This document shows, piece after piece, positions 28,120 through 37,859 of a stretch of DNA of 64,000 nucleotides. Each line of letters begins with the position of its first letter. Position 1 is the stretch's first letter. The notes beneath the pieces are model-generated. The model was not told where the DNA came from, did not search any database, and saw nothing but the letters and a program-made list of their open reading frames with translations. A program made the translations under genes and the position numbers. This stretch comes from an uncultured Candidatus Saccharibacteria bacterium (lineage in GTDB: Bacteria; Patescibacteriota; Minisyncoccia; Phycocordibacterales; UBA9973), in assembly GCA_964522195.1 (NCBI GenBank), contig CAZFSV010000003.1:29575-93574 (forward strand), in the 5' to 3' direction.

Positions 28120-29490
28120 ATGCATAAAAATATTTTTCAAGATATGGTAAAAACAAAAAACGAAAATAGAAAAACCGATCTTTCTAAAAACAATAAAATC
28201 AAAGAAGATATTTCTCCTGTTTTTATTAAAAAAACTAATCAAAATATAAAAATAAAAAAAGTTACTGAAACAAGCTTGCCTTTAAAAAATAAAGAAGAAA
28301 ATTTTTCTGAATATAATTATACAATAGAAGATTTTAATAAAGATAAAATAAATAAGAATAAAAACAATATTGGTATATGGTTTTTTGTATTTTTAAGCTT
28401 ATTTTTCTTATTTTTTACTCTTTCTTCATATTTAACAAAAGCTTCTATTGTAATAAATCCGAAAGTAATTGATTTAAATTTATCTGATTCTTTTAAAGCT
28501 AACAAAGATTTAGATATTTTAAATGAAAACTTGGCTTTTCAGTTAATGATTATTGAAGATTCTATTTCAAAAGAAATTATAAGTAGCGGGGAAGTTGATG
28601 CACAAGAAAAAGCAGTAGGCCGAGTAGTTATTTATAACGCTTTCAGCAATACTCCTCAATCTTTAAGTGCTGAAACTAGATTAGAAAATCCTGATAAAAA
28701 AATCTTTAAAATTAAAGAAAAAGTTTTAATCCCTGGTATGTCAGAAGATGGTATACCTGGTTCTATTGAAGTAGATATTATAGCGAATGAAGCAGGAGAA
28801 TCTTATAATATACCACCAACAGATTTTGAGCTTATTGGTTTTAAGGGTACTAGTAAATATAAAAAAATATATGCTAGATCTTTAGGAGCAACTACAGGTG
28901 GTTTTAAAGGTAAAAAAAGTGTAATAGATGAAGAATTAAGAAATAACACAGAAAAAGAAATAAAACTAGAACTGGAAAGTCTTTTGTTGAAAAAAGCATT
29001 AGAGCAAATTCCTCCTGGTTATGTATTGTTTAAGAATGCTTCTTTGTTTAAATTTTATCCAGAATTAAAGACTTATGAAGGTGATTCTAAAAAAGCCTTT
29101 TTAGAGGTAAATGGTAAATTGAGTGCATTTCTGTTTGAAGAGAAAAATTTGACTAAAAATATTTTAAAAACAAAATTGCCTAAAGAAAGTACTGATGACG
29201 TGTATATTCTTAATTTAAGAGATCTTAATTTTAGCTTAGAAAATCAAAACACCAATTTAGAGCAATTAGCAGAAATAACTTTTAAGTTAACAGGGAATTC
29301 TTTTGTTGTGTCTTTAATAGATGATAAAGAATTGTTAAATAAATTGCTAGGTCAGCCAAAAAAGAATTTTAATAATATTTTATTTAAATATGACAACATT
29401 AAAGATGCAGATTTAGTGATTAAACCATTTTGGCAAAACAAAATTCCAGAAGACAAAAATAAGGTTAAAATAGAAGTAAATTATCCTTAG
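28120..29490 (+). CDS. bitopic membrane protein with a large extracytoplasmic domain
   Basis: An ~85-aa basic N-terminus, a single TM (IGIWFFVFLSLFFLFFTL) and an ~350-aa external part. It is adjacent to the FtsA/PilM-like gene. Confidence 0.3.
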   Translation: MHKNIFQDMVKTKNENRKTDLSKNNKIKEDISPVFIKKTNQNIKIKKVTETSLPLKNKEENFSEYNYTIEDFNKDKINKNKNNIGIWFFVFLSLFFLFFTLSSYLTKASIVINPKVIDLNLSDSFKANKDLDILNENLAFQLMIIEDSISKEIISSGEVDAQEKAVGRVVIYNAFSNTPQSLSAETRLENPDKKIFKIKEKVLIPGMSEDGIPGSIEVDIIANEAGESYNIPPTDFELIGFKGTSKYKKIYARSLGATTGGFKGKKSVIDEELRNNTEKEIKLELESLLLKKALEQIPPGYVLFKNASLFKFYPELKTYEGDSKKAFLEVNGKLSAFLFEEKNLTKNILKTKLPKESTDDVYILNLRDLNFSLENQNTNLEQLAEITFKLTGNSFVVSLIDDKELLNKLLGQPKKNFNNILFKYDNIKDADLVIKPFWQNKIPEDKNKVKIEVNYP

Positions 29491-29545
29491 TTGTTAATTA
29501 GCATTTGACTGAATTTATTTAATTTGGTATGATGTTTTTGTATAA

Positions 29546-29767
29546 ATGAGTGATTTAAAAACAGATAAACCCTTAACAAAAATAGGTGTTATAATAGAAG
29601 CTTTACCTTCGACTTTATTCAAGGTTCGTTTTGAGACCGAGGAAGAAATTCTTGCGTATTTAGGTGGAAAAATGAGAATTAATAGAATTAAAGTTCTAAT
29701 AGGTGACAAGGTTGAAGTTTTATTAGATCCTTATGGTGGAAAAGGTAGAATTATTAAAAGATTATAA
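29546..29767 (+). CDS. infA: translation initiation factor IF-1
   Basis: A 73-aa S1-like OB fold: ...KMRINRIKVLIGDKVEVLLDPYGGKGRIIKRL. Confidence 0.85.
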   Translation: MSDLKTDKPLTKIGVIIEALPSTLFKVRFETEEEILAYLGGKMRINRIKVLIGDKVEVLLDPYGGKGRIIKRL

Positions 29768-29893
29768 TAAAGTTATAAACACTTGTAATTTTTTTTAAAT
29801 AGTGTATTATTGTTATATTATTTAATTATATAAAAATTACAAAAATAAGGTTATCCTTATTTGTTTTGTTTTGTAATATTAAAAGGTAAATTT

Positions 29894-30004
29894 ATGAAGA
29901 TTAGAGCATCAGTAAAAAAGATTTGTGATAAGTGTAAAACTGTAAAGCGCAAAAGACATTTGCACGTTATTTGTTCTAACCCAAAACATAAGCAAAAACA
30001 ATAA
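29894..30004 (+). CDS. rpmJ: 50S ribosomal protein L36 (absent from the ORF track because it is under 60 aa)
   Basis: [36 protein letters not shown], positioned between infA and rpsM as expected. Confidence 0.8.
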   Translation: MKIRASVKKICDKCKTVKRKRHLHVICSNPKHKQKQ

Positions 30005-30009
30005 AAATT

Positions 30010-30390
30010 ATGAGAATTTTAGGAATTACAGTACCAAATGAAAAAAGATTAGAAATAGGTTTAACTTGCCTTTATGGTATAGGTATACCTAAAGCTCGCA
30101 AAATTCTAACTCAAGTTGGAGTAGATCATGGTAAAAAACCAGATCAATTAACCACAGAAGAAGAAAATAAAATTCGTACTATTATAGAAGGAATGACTAT
30201 AGAAGGAAATTTAAAAAGAGAAATAGCTTCTAATATTAAAAGATTAAAAGATATTAAAAGTTACAGAGGAACAAGACATATGAAAAGATTACCAGCTCGC
30301 GGACAAAGAACAAAAACCAATTCAAGAACAGTAAGAGGTAATGTGAGAAACACAATGTCATCAGGTAGAAGAAAAGAAAGTAAAACATAA
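30010..30390 (+). CDS. rpsM: 30S ribosomal protein S13
   Basis: MRILGITVPNEKRLEIGLT.LYGIG. Confidence 0.85.
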   Translation: MRILGITVPNEKRLEIGLTCLYGIGIPKARKILTQVGVDHGKKPDQLTTEEENKIRTIIEGMTIEGNLKREIASNIKRLKDIKSYRGTRHMKRLPARGQRTKTNSRTVRGNVRNTMSSGRRKESKT

Positions 30391-30423
30391 AAATTAGTTA
30401 TAAAGTTAAAGGTTATATATAAA

Positions 30424-30855
30424 ATGCCAAAATCAAAAACAACTGAAGAAACAAAGAAACAAGAAGGAGAGGTAAAAACTGCTTCTGGACCAAAAGCGTC
30501 TAAAAAGAAATTAGCTTCTGGTATTTTAAATGTTGAAGCAACTTTTAATAATACAAAAGTAGTATTTGCTGACAAAAACGGTAATACTGTTTTTTGGTCT
30601 TCATCTGGAAGTTTAGGTTTTAAAGGAGCTAAAAAAGGAACACCCTTTGCTGCTGGAAAAGTTGGTGATTTGATTGGAAACAAAGCAGCTAGTATCGGAG
30701 TAAAAGAAGTTGATGTTGTGATTAAGGGAGTTGGTTCGGGTCGCGAGCCAGCAGTTAGAGCTTTTATGGCTTATGGTATTGAAATAAATTCTGTTAAAGA
30801 TGCTACACCAGTACCTCATAATGGTCCAAAACCAAAGAAACCTAGAAGAGTATAA
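30424..30855 (+). CDS. rpsK: 30S ribosomal protein S11
   Basis: ...NTVFWSSSGSLGFKGAKKGTPFAA...VKGVGSGRE. Confidence 0.85.
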   Translation: MPKSKTTEETKKQEGEVKTASGPKASKKKLASGILNVEATFNNTKVVFADKNGNTVFWSSSGSLGFKGAKKGTPFAAGKVGDLIGNKAASIGVKEVDVVIKGVGSGREPAVRAFMAYGIEINSVKDATPVPHNGPKPKKPRRV

Positions 30856-30884
30856 AATAAGTTATAAAATAAAAGTTAAAAAAT

Positions 30885-31481
30885 ATGTTAACAAAACCAA
30901 AGTTTAAAATTTGCAGAAGATTAGGAGGAGGAGTTTATGATAAATGTCAAACTCCAAAATTTTCTAGTTCTTCATTTGGAACAAATTCAAAAAAACCAAA
31001 AGCTTTATCTGAATATGGATTACAACTTATTGAAAAACAAAAGATAAGATTCTCTTATGGTATTACTGAAAAACAATTATCTAATTATGTTAAAAAAGCT
31101 TCTAAAATAAAAGGAGCTGGAACTGCAGAAAAATTCTACGAACAATTAGAACTTCGCTTAGATAATGCTGTTTATAGAATGGGACTTGCAAGTAGTAGAA
31201 GAGCTGCAAGACAAATGGTTTCTCATGGTCATTTTGTTATCAATGGACATAAAGTTACAGTTCCTTCTTATGAATTAAAAACAAATGATGTTATTAAAGT
31301 TCGTGAGGGTTCAAAAACTAAAAAGATTTTTACAGTTTTAGAAGAAACATTAAAAGATTATATAGCACCTTCTTGGATCTCATATGACCAAAATAAAATG
31401 GAAGGCAAGGTTTTAGCTTTACCTAAAAATTCAGACAGCTTTATAGACCTTAATGCTGTGTTGGAATTCTATAGTCGTTAA
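30885..31481 (+). CDS. rpsD: 30S ribosomal protein S4
   Basis: N-terminal CRRLG... plus an S4 RNA-binding domain, 198 aa. Confidence 0.8.
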   Translation: MLTKPKFKICRRLGGGVYDKCQTPKFSSSSFGTNSKKPKALSEYGLQLIEKQKIRFSYGITEKQLSNYVKKASKIKGAGTAEKFYEQLELRLDNAVYRMGLASSRRAARQMVSHGHFVINGHKVTVPSYELKTNDVIKVREGSKTKKIFTVLEETLKDYIAPSWISYDQNKMEGKVLALPKNSDSFIDLNAVLEFYSR

Positions 31482-31520
31482 TTATTTTAATATTATTATT
31501 AATTAAATTTTTATATAATT

Positions 31521-32504
31521 ATGCCTGAGTACAAAATATTAATACCTTCAAAACCAAAAGCTGTTTTAGAAGAAGGTAATAAAGGGGTTTTTGAAATAGA
31601 TGGTTTGTATCCTGGATATGGACACACTTTAGGTAATTCTTTAAGAAGAATTATTCTTTCCTCTTTGCCAGGTGCTAGTATTACATCAATTAAAATTGAT
31701 GGAGTTAGTCATGAATTTCAAACTGTAGATGGTATTAAAGAAGATATTATAGTTTTAATATTGAATCTTAAAAAAATTCGTTTTAAGATTTTAACAGACG
31801 AAGAACAAGTTGTTAATATTTCTGTAAAAGGACCAAAAGAAGTTTACGCTTCTGATATTAAAACTTCCGGTCAAGTTGAAGTTTTAAATCCAGAGCTATA
31901 TATAGCAACTCTTACAGGTAAAATTGATTTAAATATTGAATTAAAAATTGAAAAAGGACTTGGTTTTATACCAAAAGAAATGTTACAAAAAGAAAAAGTA
32001 GAAATTGGTACAATTGCTGTTGATGCTATTTTTACTCCAATTCGTAGAGTTTCATATGAAGTTGAAAATATGCGTGTTGCTGATAAAACAAATCACAACA
32101 GACTACGTATTTCTATTGAGACAGATGGAACTTTGACTCCTCGTGAAGCATTAACTCAATCAATTATTACTATGATTGAACAATTAAAAGCTATTGTGGA
32201 TTTTAAAGAAGAAATGATTGAAACCAAAGTAGTTAAATCCAAATCTAAAGAAAAAGCAGAAGAAGAAAAATCAGAAAAAGATGAAGAAGAAAAAGACATG
32301 ACTGATGTTTTAAAAACAAGAATTGATAATTTAGATTTATCTACTCGCACTATGAATGCTTTAAACGGAGCAAATATTAGAACATTAGGAGGACTTGCTC
32401 GTAAAAAAAGAGAAGACTTATTAGAATTAGAAGGAATTGGCGAGAAAGGTATTACAGAAATTAAAAAAGTTTTAAGTGATTTTGGACTTAATTTAAAAGA
32501 TTAA
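31521..32504 (+). CDS. rpoA: DNA-directed RNA polymerase subunit alpha
   Basis: [23 protein letters not shown]-type N-terminus and a C-terminal domain ending LSTRTMNAL... Confidence 0.85.
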   Translation: [327 protein letters not shown]

Positions 32505-32531
32505 ATAAATTATTAGCCATAAAAAAAAGAT

Positions 32532-32885
32532 ATGAGACACCATAATAACAAAAGAAAATTTGGAAGAAAGAAAAATCAAAGAAATGCTTTAGTTCATTCT
32601 TTGGCTCTTAATTTAATAGTTCGTGGTAAAATTAAAACCACTTTAGCAAAAGCTTCAGAATTACGACCTTTTATTGAAAAATTAATTACTCATGCAAAAA
32701 CTGATACTTTAGCAAAAAGAAGATTAGTTATGGCAAAGATTGCAAACCGCAGACCAGAAACAAAGAAATTATTTGAAAAAATTGCACCTAATTATGTTGA
32801 CCGCAAGGGAGGTTATACAAGAATTTTAAAATTAGGTCAAAGAAAATCAGACGGAGCTGAAATGGCTTATATAGAATTTGTATAA
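32532..32885 (+). CDS. rplQ: 50S ribosomal protein L17
   Basis: MRHHNNKRKFGRKKNQRNAL... Confidence 0.8.
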   Translation: MRHHNNKRKFGRKKNQRNALVHSLALNLIVRGKIKTTLAKASELRPFIEKLITHAKTDTLAKRRLVMAKIANRRPETKKLFEKIAPNYVDRKGGYTRILKLGQRKSDGAEMAYIEFV

Positions 32886-32905
32886 TTATTATTTAAGATT
32901 TATTT

Positions 32906-33274
32906 ATGAAAAAAGAAGCAATAAAAAAAGAAATAAAAACAATTGACGCAAGCTCTAGAACTTTAGGTAGAGTAGCTAGTGAGGTAGCAAAAATTTTGAT
33001 GGGTAAAGATAAGGCTACTTTTGAAAGAAATAAATTTTCAGGATCACCTGTAAGTGTTTTGAATGCTTCTAAAATTAAAATTACCAACAAGAAGCTAGAG
33101 AATATGTATCACACAAGATATTCAGGATATCCAGGAGGACTTCGTGTTTTAACTGGAGATTTTACTAAAAGAACAAAGGGAATGAAAGAATTAGTAAAGT
33201 TATCAGTATATCAAATGCTTCCAGACAATAAGCTTAGAAGAGAAATGATGAAAAATTTACAAATAGAAGATTAA
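32906..33274 (+). CDS. rplM: 50S ribosomal protein L13
   Basis: IDASSRTLGRVASEVAKIL.GK. Confidence 0.8.
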   Translation: MKKEAIKKEIKTIDASSRTLGRVASEVAKILMGKDKATFERNKFSGSPVSVLNASKIKITNKKLENMYHTRYSGYPGGLRVLTGDFTKRTKGMKELVKLSVYQMLPDNKLRREMMKNLQIED

Positions 33275-33303
33275 AAAAGTTATAAAGTTAAAAGTTAAAA
33301 AGA

Positions 33304-33723
33304 ATGGAAAAAAAACAAACAACCGAAAAATATTTTGAGGGAATAGGTAGAAGAAAAACATCAACAGCAAGAGTGCGTGTTTTTGAAAGTTCAAAATCTT
33401 CTTTTGTGGTAAATGATATGCCAGCGAAAGAATATTTTAAAACAGATGAAGAAAGAACTATCGTTTCTGCTCCTATTGATGTTGTATCTGAAAAAGATAA
33501 AACTACTAAATTTCATATTGAAGTAAAAGTAAAAGGCGGTGGTACGCATTCTCAAGCTGAGGCTGTTCGTCATGGACTTTCTCGTGCATTTTTACTTGTT
33601 GATAAAGAAATGCGTGATGAACTTAAAGATTTAGGATTCTTAAAAAGAGATGGAAGAGCAAAAGAAAGAAGAAAATTCGGACTCAAAAAAGCTCGTAAAG
33701 CTCCACAATGGTCAAAACGTTAG
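33304..33723 (+). CDS. rpsI: 30S ribosomal protein S9
   Basis: GRRKTSTARV... with a C-terminal ...KAPQWSKR. Confidence 0.85.
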   Translation: MEKKQTTEKYFEGIGRRKTSTARVRVFESSKSSFVVNDMPAKEYFKTDEERTIVSAPIDVVSEKDKTTKFHIEVKVKGGGTHSQAEAVRHGLSRAFLLVDKEMRDELKDLGFLKRDGRAKERRKFGLKKARKAPQWSKR

Positions 33724-33781
33724 AACAAAAAGACTTCGCAAGAAGTCTTTTTTCTTTTAAGATTTGTGCTAAAATAGATGT

Positions 33782-34402
33782 ATGAGTGAAGAGAATAATA
33801 AACAAAATCAAGAAGAAAATATACTTGCCCGAAATACTTCGCCTAGCGATACAGACGGGGAAGAAACAGAAGATGTTGTAGAATTTGAATATAATGAAGA
33901 CGGGGAAGAAGACTTAAAGAAAACCCTTAAAAAGCTTAGATTAGACTTAAAACAAGCGAAAAAAGAAAAAGAAGAGTATCTCATTGGTTGGCAAAAAGAG
34001 AGAGCGGATTTTGCAAATTACAAGAAACAAGAAGAAGATAGAAAAACCATGTTTTCCGAATCTATGCGCGAAAGAATTCTTTCTCGTTTTTTGACTGTAA
34101 TGGATAGTTTTAATATGGCTTTTGCGAATAAGGAGGCTTGGGAAAAAGTTGATTTGAATTGGAGAAAAGGAGTTGAATATATTCATTCTCAAATGAATAA
34201 TGTTTTTGAAGAATATGGAGTTTTGGAGATAGGTAAAATAGGTGAAGCTTTTGATCCAAACATTCACGAATCTTTGGAGATGGTTACCACAGATAAAAAA
34301 GAATTAAATCACACAATATCAGAGGTTATTCAAAAAGGTTACAAATTAAGTGATAGAGTATTAAGACCTGCAAGGGTGAATGTTTTTGAATTTAAGGAAT
34401 AA
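33782..34402 (+). CDS. grpE: nucleotide exchange factor GrpE
   Basis: Coiled-coil N-terminus followed by the ...RVLRPARV C-terminal domain. Confidence 0.75.
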   Translation: MSEENNKQNQEENILARNTSPSDTDGEETEDVVEFEYNEDGEEDLKKTLKKLRLDLKQAKKEKEEYLIGWQKERADFANYKKQEEDRKTMFSESMRERILSRFLTVMDSFNMAFANKEAWEKVDLNWRKGVEYIHSQMNNVFEEYGVLEIGKIGEAFDPNIHESLEMVTTDKKELNHTISEVIQKGYKLSDRVLRPARVNVFEFKE

Positions 34403-34420
34403 GACCTGATTAATAAAAAT

Positions 34421-35608
34421 ATGGAACACCAATCCGAAAATAAGGTTTGCCAGAATTGTAAAAATGATTTCACTATAGAGCCTGATGATTTTTCCTTCTA
34501 TGAAAAGATAAAGGTTCCACTACCTACTTTTTGTCCGGAGTGTAGAATGATACGAAGATTTAATTTTAGAAATGAAGGTATGTTATTTAGAAGGCTGGAT
34601 TCTTCTTCTGAGCAAGAAAGTTTTTCAGGTTATCCTCCAGAAGCAAAAATAATTACATACGAAAATAGTTATTGGTTTTCGGATAAATGGAATTCCGATA
34701 ATAATTTCTTAGATTATGATTGGAATGAAAATTTTTTTAATCAATTTAAAAAATTATTAGAAATTTCTCCAATACCTATAAAGAGTGTTTATAATTTAAT
34801 TAATTCTGATTATTGTAATGAGGCTAGTGAATTAAAAAATTGTTACCTTTGTTTTAATGTAGATTTTCTAGAAAATTCAGCATATGTCAGAAAAACCACA
34901 CACTCAAAAGATGTTTTTGATGTATATGAATGTGCTGAGTGTGAATTATCTTATAGTAGTGTAATTTTAGATAAATGTTACAACACTTTTTTTTCTTATA
35001 ATTGTAGCAACTCTTTCGATGTTTGGTTTTCTAAGAATTTAAAAAATTGTTCTAATTGTTTTGCTTGCGTAAACTTGATAGGCAAGTCTTATTGTATTTT
35101 TAATAAGCAATATTCTAAAAAAGAATATTTTAAGTATATTGAAAATTTAAATTTAAACTCTTATAAAAATTTTCAAAAGACATTCGAAGAAGCTAATATT
35201 TTTCATCTTAAGTTTCCAAATAAATATTTTAATGGGTATCGTAATTTGAATTCTTCAGGAGATAAAATTTATGATACAAAAAATGTAAAGTTTTCTTACT
35301 CTGTAAGAAATGGAGAAAATTTAAAATACTGTCAAGACATACAACCAAGCGCTGCAAATTCCTATGATTATACTATTTGGGGTCATGGTGAAAATATATA
35401 TGAATCCATAGTTTGCGGGCTTGGAGTTTTTAATTTAAAATTTTGTTTTAATTGTTGGGAAAATGCAAAAGACCTTGAATATTGTTCTTATTGTTTGAAT
35501 AGTTCTAATTGTTTTGGTTGTGTGGGTTTAAGAAATAAGCAATACTGTATTTTTAATAAACAGTATTCTAAAGAAAATGGTCGAAAAAATAAAAAAACAC
35601 ATGTATGA
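34421..35608 (+). pseudogene. Cys-rich multi-zinc-ribbon protein, N-terminal 395-aa piece of a gene split by a frameshift
   Basis: MEHQSENKVCQNCKNDFTIEPDDFSFYEKIKVPLPTFCPECR is paralogous to the N-terminus of 37860..39569. The frame breaks at the aaaaaataaaaaaa tract (~35585..35600). Confidence 0.5.
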
Positions 35609-36110
35609 TATGCCTTATTTAGATAAAAAAGGTAGATTGTATAAATATGGAGAATTCTTTCCTTTTGAAATATCTCCATTGTCTTATAATCAAAGTATGG
35701 TTCAAGATTATTTTCCTCTAGAAAAAGAAGAAATTTTATACAAGGGTTATCTTTATTCACCCATAAATAGAAAAGAATTTAAAATAACTAAAAAATGCAT
35801 AGATTTAGAAGATGATATTAGTTTAGTTGATGATTCTATTTTAAAAGAAGTTTTGGGTTGTAAAAATTGTAGTAAAGCTTTTAAGTTGATAGAAAAAGAA
35901 TTTTTGTTTTATAAAAGATTTAATTTACCAATTCCTAGAAATTGTAATTTTTGCAGAATAGAAAAATTAATTAAATCTGTAAATCCACCAAGATTTTATA
36001 ACCGTAAATGTATGAAAGAAGGATGCAATAATGAATTTGAGACTAGTTATTCTCCAGAGAGACCGGAAATAGTGTATTGTGAAAAATGTTATCAGAGTGA
36101 GGTGTATTAG
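35577..36110 (+). pseudogene. C-terminal 177-aa piece of the same split Cys-rich gene
   Basis: MVEKIKKHMYDMPYLDKKGRLYKYGEFFPFEIS aligns with ...EDMTNNPYIDSKGRIYKYGEFFPVEFS of the 569-aa paralog. 395+177 aa is about 569 aa. Confidence 0.5.
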
Positions 36111-36124
36111 TATATAATTAAAAC

Positions 36125-36721
36125 ATGATAGATCAAATTATTTTAAATGATAAAGTTAGAGATTTTGATGGAAGTATTTTGCCTTGTCTTATTAACTATG
36201 AAGAAAAAAGTGGAGGTTCTCATTATTCTGTAACCTTGGTTGCTAATCTTTTTAAGCAGGGTTTTAAAATATTATTTTTTACAGCTTATCCTATGGCAAA
36301 AGAAAATTTCATCGAACAAGTAGGTCTCAATGAAGATAAGATTGCCTTTGTTTTAAATCAACAAGATTTGTCAGCTAACTCAAATAAGCAATGCCTAATA
36401 TTAGAAAGTGGCAATCAGGAATTACTAGATTTTACTCTAAATAATTTGCCAGATATTAAAGAAAGAATAATCCTAATTAAAAATATTGAAAAATTTGAAG
36501 ATCAGATAATTTCTCAAGTTTTAGGTTTTGATAAAATAATTCTCTCTGGTCATTTAGATGAATGTAGTTTAAAAGAAAGTATAATTCAAAAAGAGTACAA
36601 AAATATAGTTTTGTTCAACAATCCAAAGATTAAATTGAGTGTTACAGCTCCAGATCTAGAAAAATATAATGCGTATTTTTGGACAAAAGAAGAAGAGGGA
36701 ATCACTAAAATAATAAAATAA
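36125..36721 (+). CDS. hypothetical protein
   Basis: A 198-aa ORF with no recognisable motif. Confidence 0.3.
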   Translation: MIDQIILNDKVRDFDGSILPCLINYEEKSGGSHYSVTLVANLFKQGFKILFFTAYPMAKENFIEQVGLNEDKIAFVLNQQDLSANSNKQCLILESGNQELLDFTLNNLPDIKERIILIKNIEKFEDQIISQVLGFDKIILSGHLDECSLKESIIQKEYKNIVLFNNPKIKLSVTAPDLEKYNAYFWTKEEEGITKIIK

Positions 36722-36737
36722 GTATAGTTGTCTACTA

Positions 36738-36765
36738 TTGACTTTTGGCTATATTGTGATATAAT
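36738..36765 (+). promoter_or_regulatory. near-consensus sigma-70 promoter (TTGACT-N16-TATAAT), duplicated at 55080..55107
   Basis: ttgacttttggctatattgtgatataat against ttgactttttgttatattatgatataat. Confidence 0.5.
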
Positions 36766-36812
36766 ACTCAGTGAATGAAGTAGTAGTTTGCTATTTCACA
36801 AAAAAATATAAA

Positions 36813-37067
36813 ATGGATAGATTTGGTAATTTTTTGGTTAATTTCTTTTTCGGTTCTTGGGAAAGAACCAGAGGTACATTAATTTTTGTTGGTATTATAG
36901 TATTAATTTTTTGGATACTAAATAACCAAGGAATTATCGTTAATTTTTTTAACGAAATTCTGGCATTTCTATACAATGTCCTCATGCCATTTGGTTTATG
37001 GGTGGCATTAATATATTTTGGATTTTCTTTAATCCTTAAATCTTTTAAAGGTGGAAAGAAAAAATAA
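36813..37067 (+). CDS. small membrane protein (paralog of 55130..55426; C-terminal ...LILKSF)
   Basis: ATG at 36813 (MDRFGNFLVNFFFG...) and two TM helices. The track's 36771 GTG start would lie inside the promoter. Confidence 0.35.
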   Translation: MDRFGNFLVNFFFGSWERTRGTLIFVGIIVLIFWILNNQGIIVNFFNEILAFLYNVLMPFGLWVALIYFGFSLILKSFKGGKKK

Positions 37068-37120
37068 AAAATATAAAAACAACTTTTATCTTATGAGAGA
37101 GTTGTTTTTTTTATTATAAA

Positions 37121-37813
37121 TTAGTTTATTGCTTTATAAGTAGCTACTATAGCCGCGGTCTCGGCCCTTAATGTATTTTCTCCTAATGATTCTATTTTGT
37201 AACCATTTTCGAGAGCTATGTGATTTTCTTTTTCAGTGAATCCTCCTTCAGGACCTACGAATATACTAATATTTTTTGAATTTGTATTCTTAGTATAATT
37301 TTTGTTTTTAGTAAAATCAAAAAATATCTTCTCTTCATTTTTCTTGCCGTCTTGTATTGCGTCAGTAAATTTTAAAGTAGGATATAGAGTAGGTAAAATA
37401 GTACGGCCGGATTGTTCACTCGCTTCACGGATGATTTTATTTAATCTCTCAACGTTGAGTCCAGTTTTAACTGTACGTTCGGTGATTATCGGTATGATTT
37501 CATTGACCCCGATTTCAACAACTTTCTGTATAGCTAATTCAAAATTTTCTTTTTTAAGAATTGCTAGGTATAGACTTACTTTTTTATATTTATTTTCCTT
37601 TCTTGTTTTTTCTACAATTTTAGTGGAGATATGAGTTTTTTTCATTTCTGTTATTTCTACTTTAGCTTCTGTACCTTTGCCGTCACAAAGTATCAGAAAG
37701 TCTCCGACGTCTAGCCTTAAAACACCCTTTATTTGCTTGATATTTTCAGGATTTGTGATTTCTGTATTTTCACCAGTTAAATCAAATTCCCCGATAAATC
37801 TATGTAGCTTCAT
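37121..37813 (-). CDS. rsmE: 16S rRNA (uracil1498-N3)-methyltransferase RsmE
   Basis: MKLHRF...PEGGFTEKE...LGENTLRAETAAI. Confidence 0.7.
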   Translation of the reverse strand: MKLHRFIGEFDLTGENTEITNPENIKQIKGVLRLDVGDFLILCDGKGTEAKVEITEMKKTHISTKIVEKTRKENKYKKVSLYLAILKKENFELAIQKVVEIGVNEIIPIITERTVKTGLNVERLNKIIREASEQSGRTILPTLYPTLKFTDAIQDGKKNEEKIFFDFTKNKNYTKNTNSKNISIFVGPEGGFTEKENHIALENGYKIESLGENTLRAETAAIVATYKAIN

Positions 37814-37859
37814 ATCTTTATATGATATACTTTAATTATTAAAATTCAAAATATATTAT

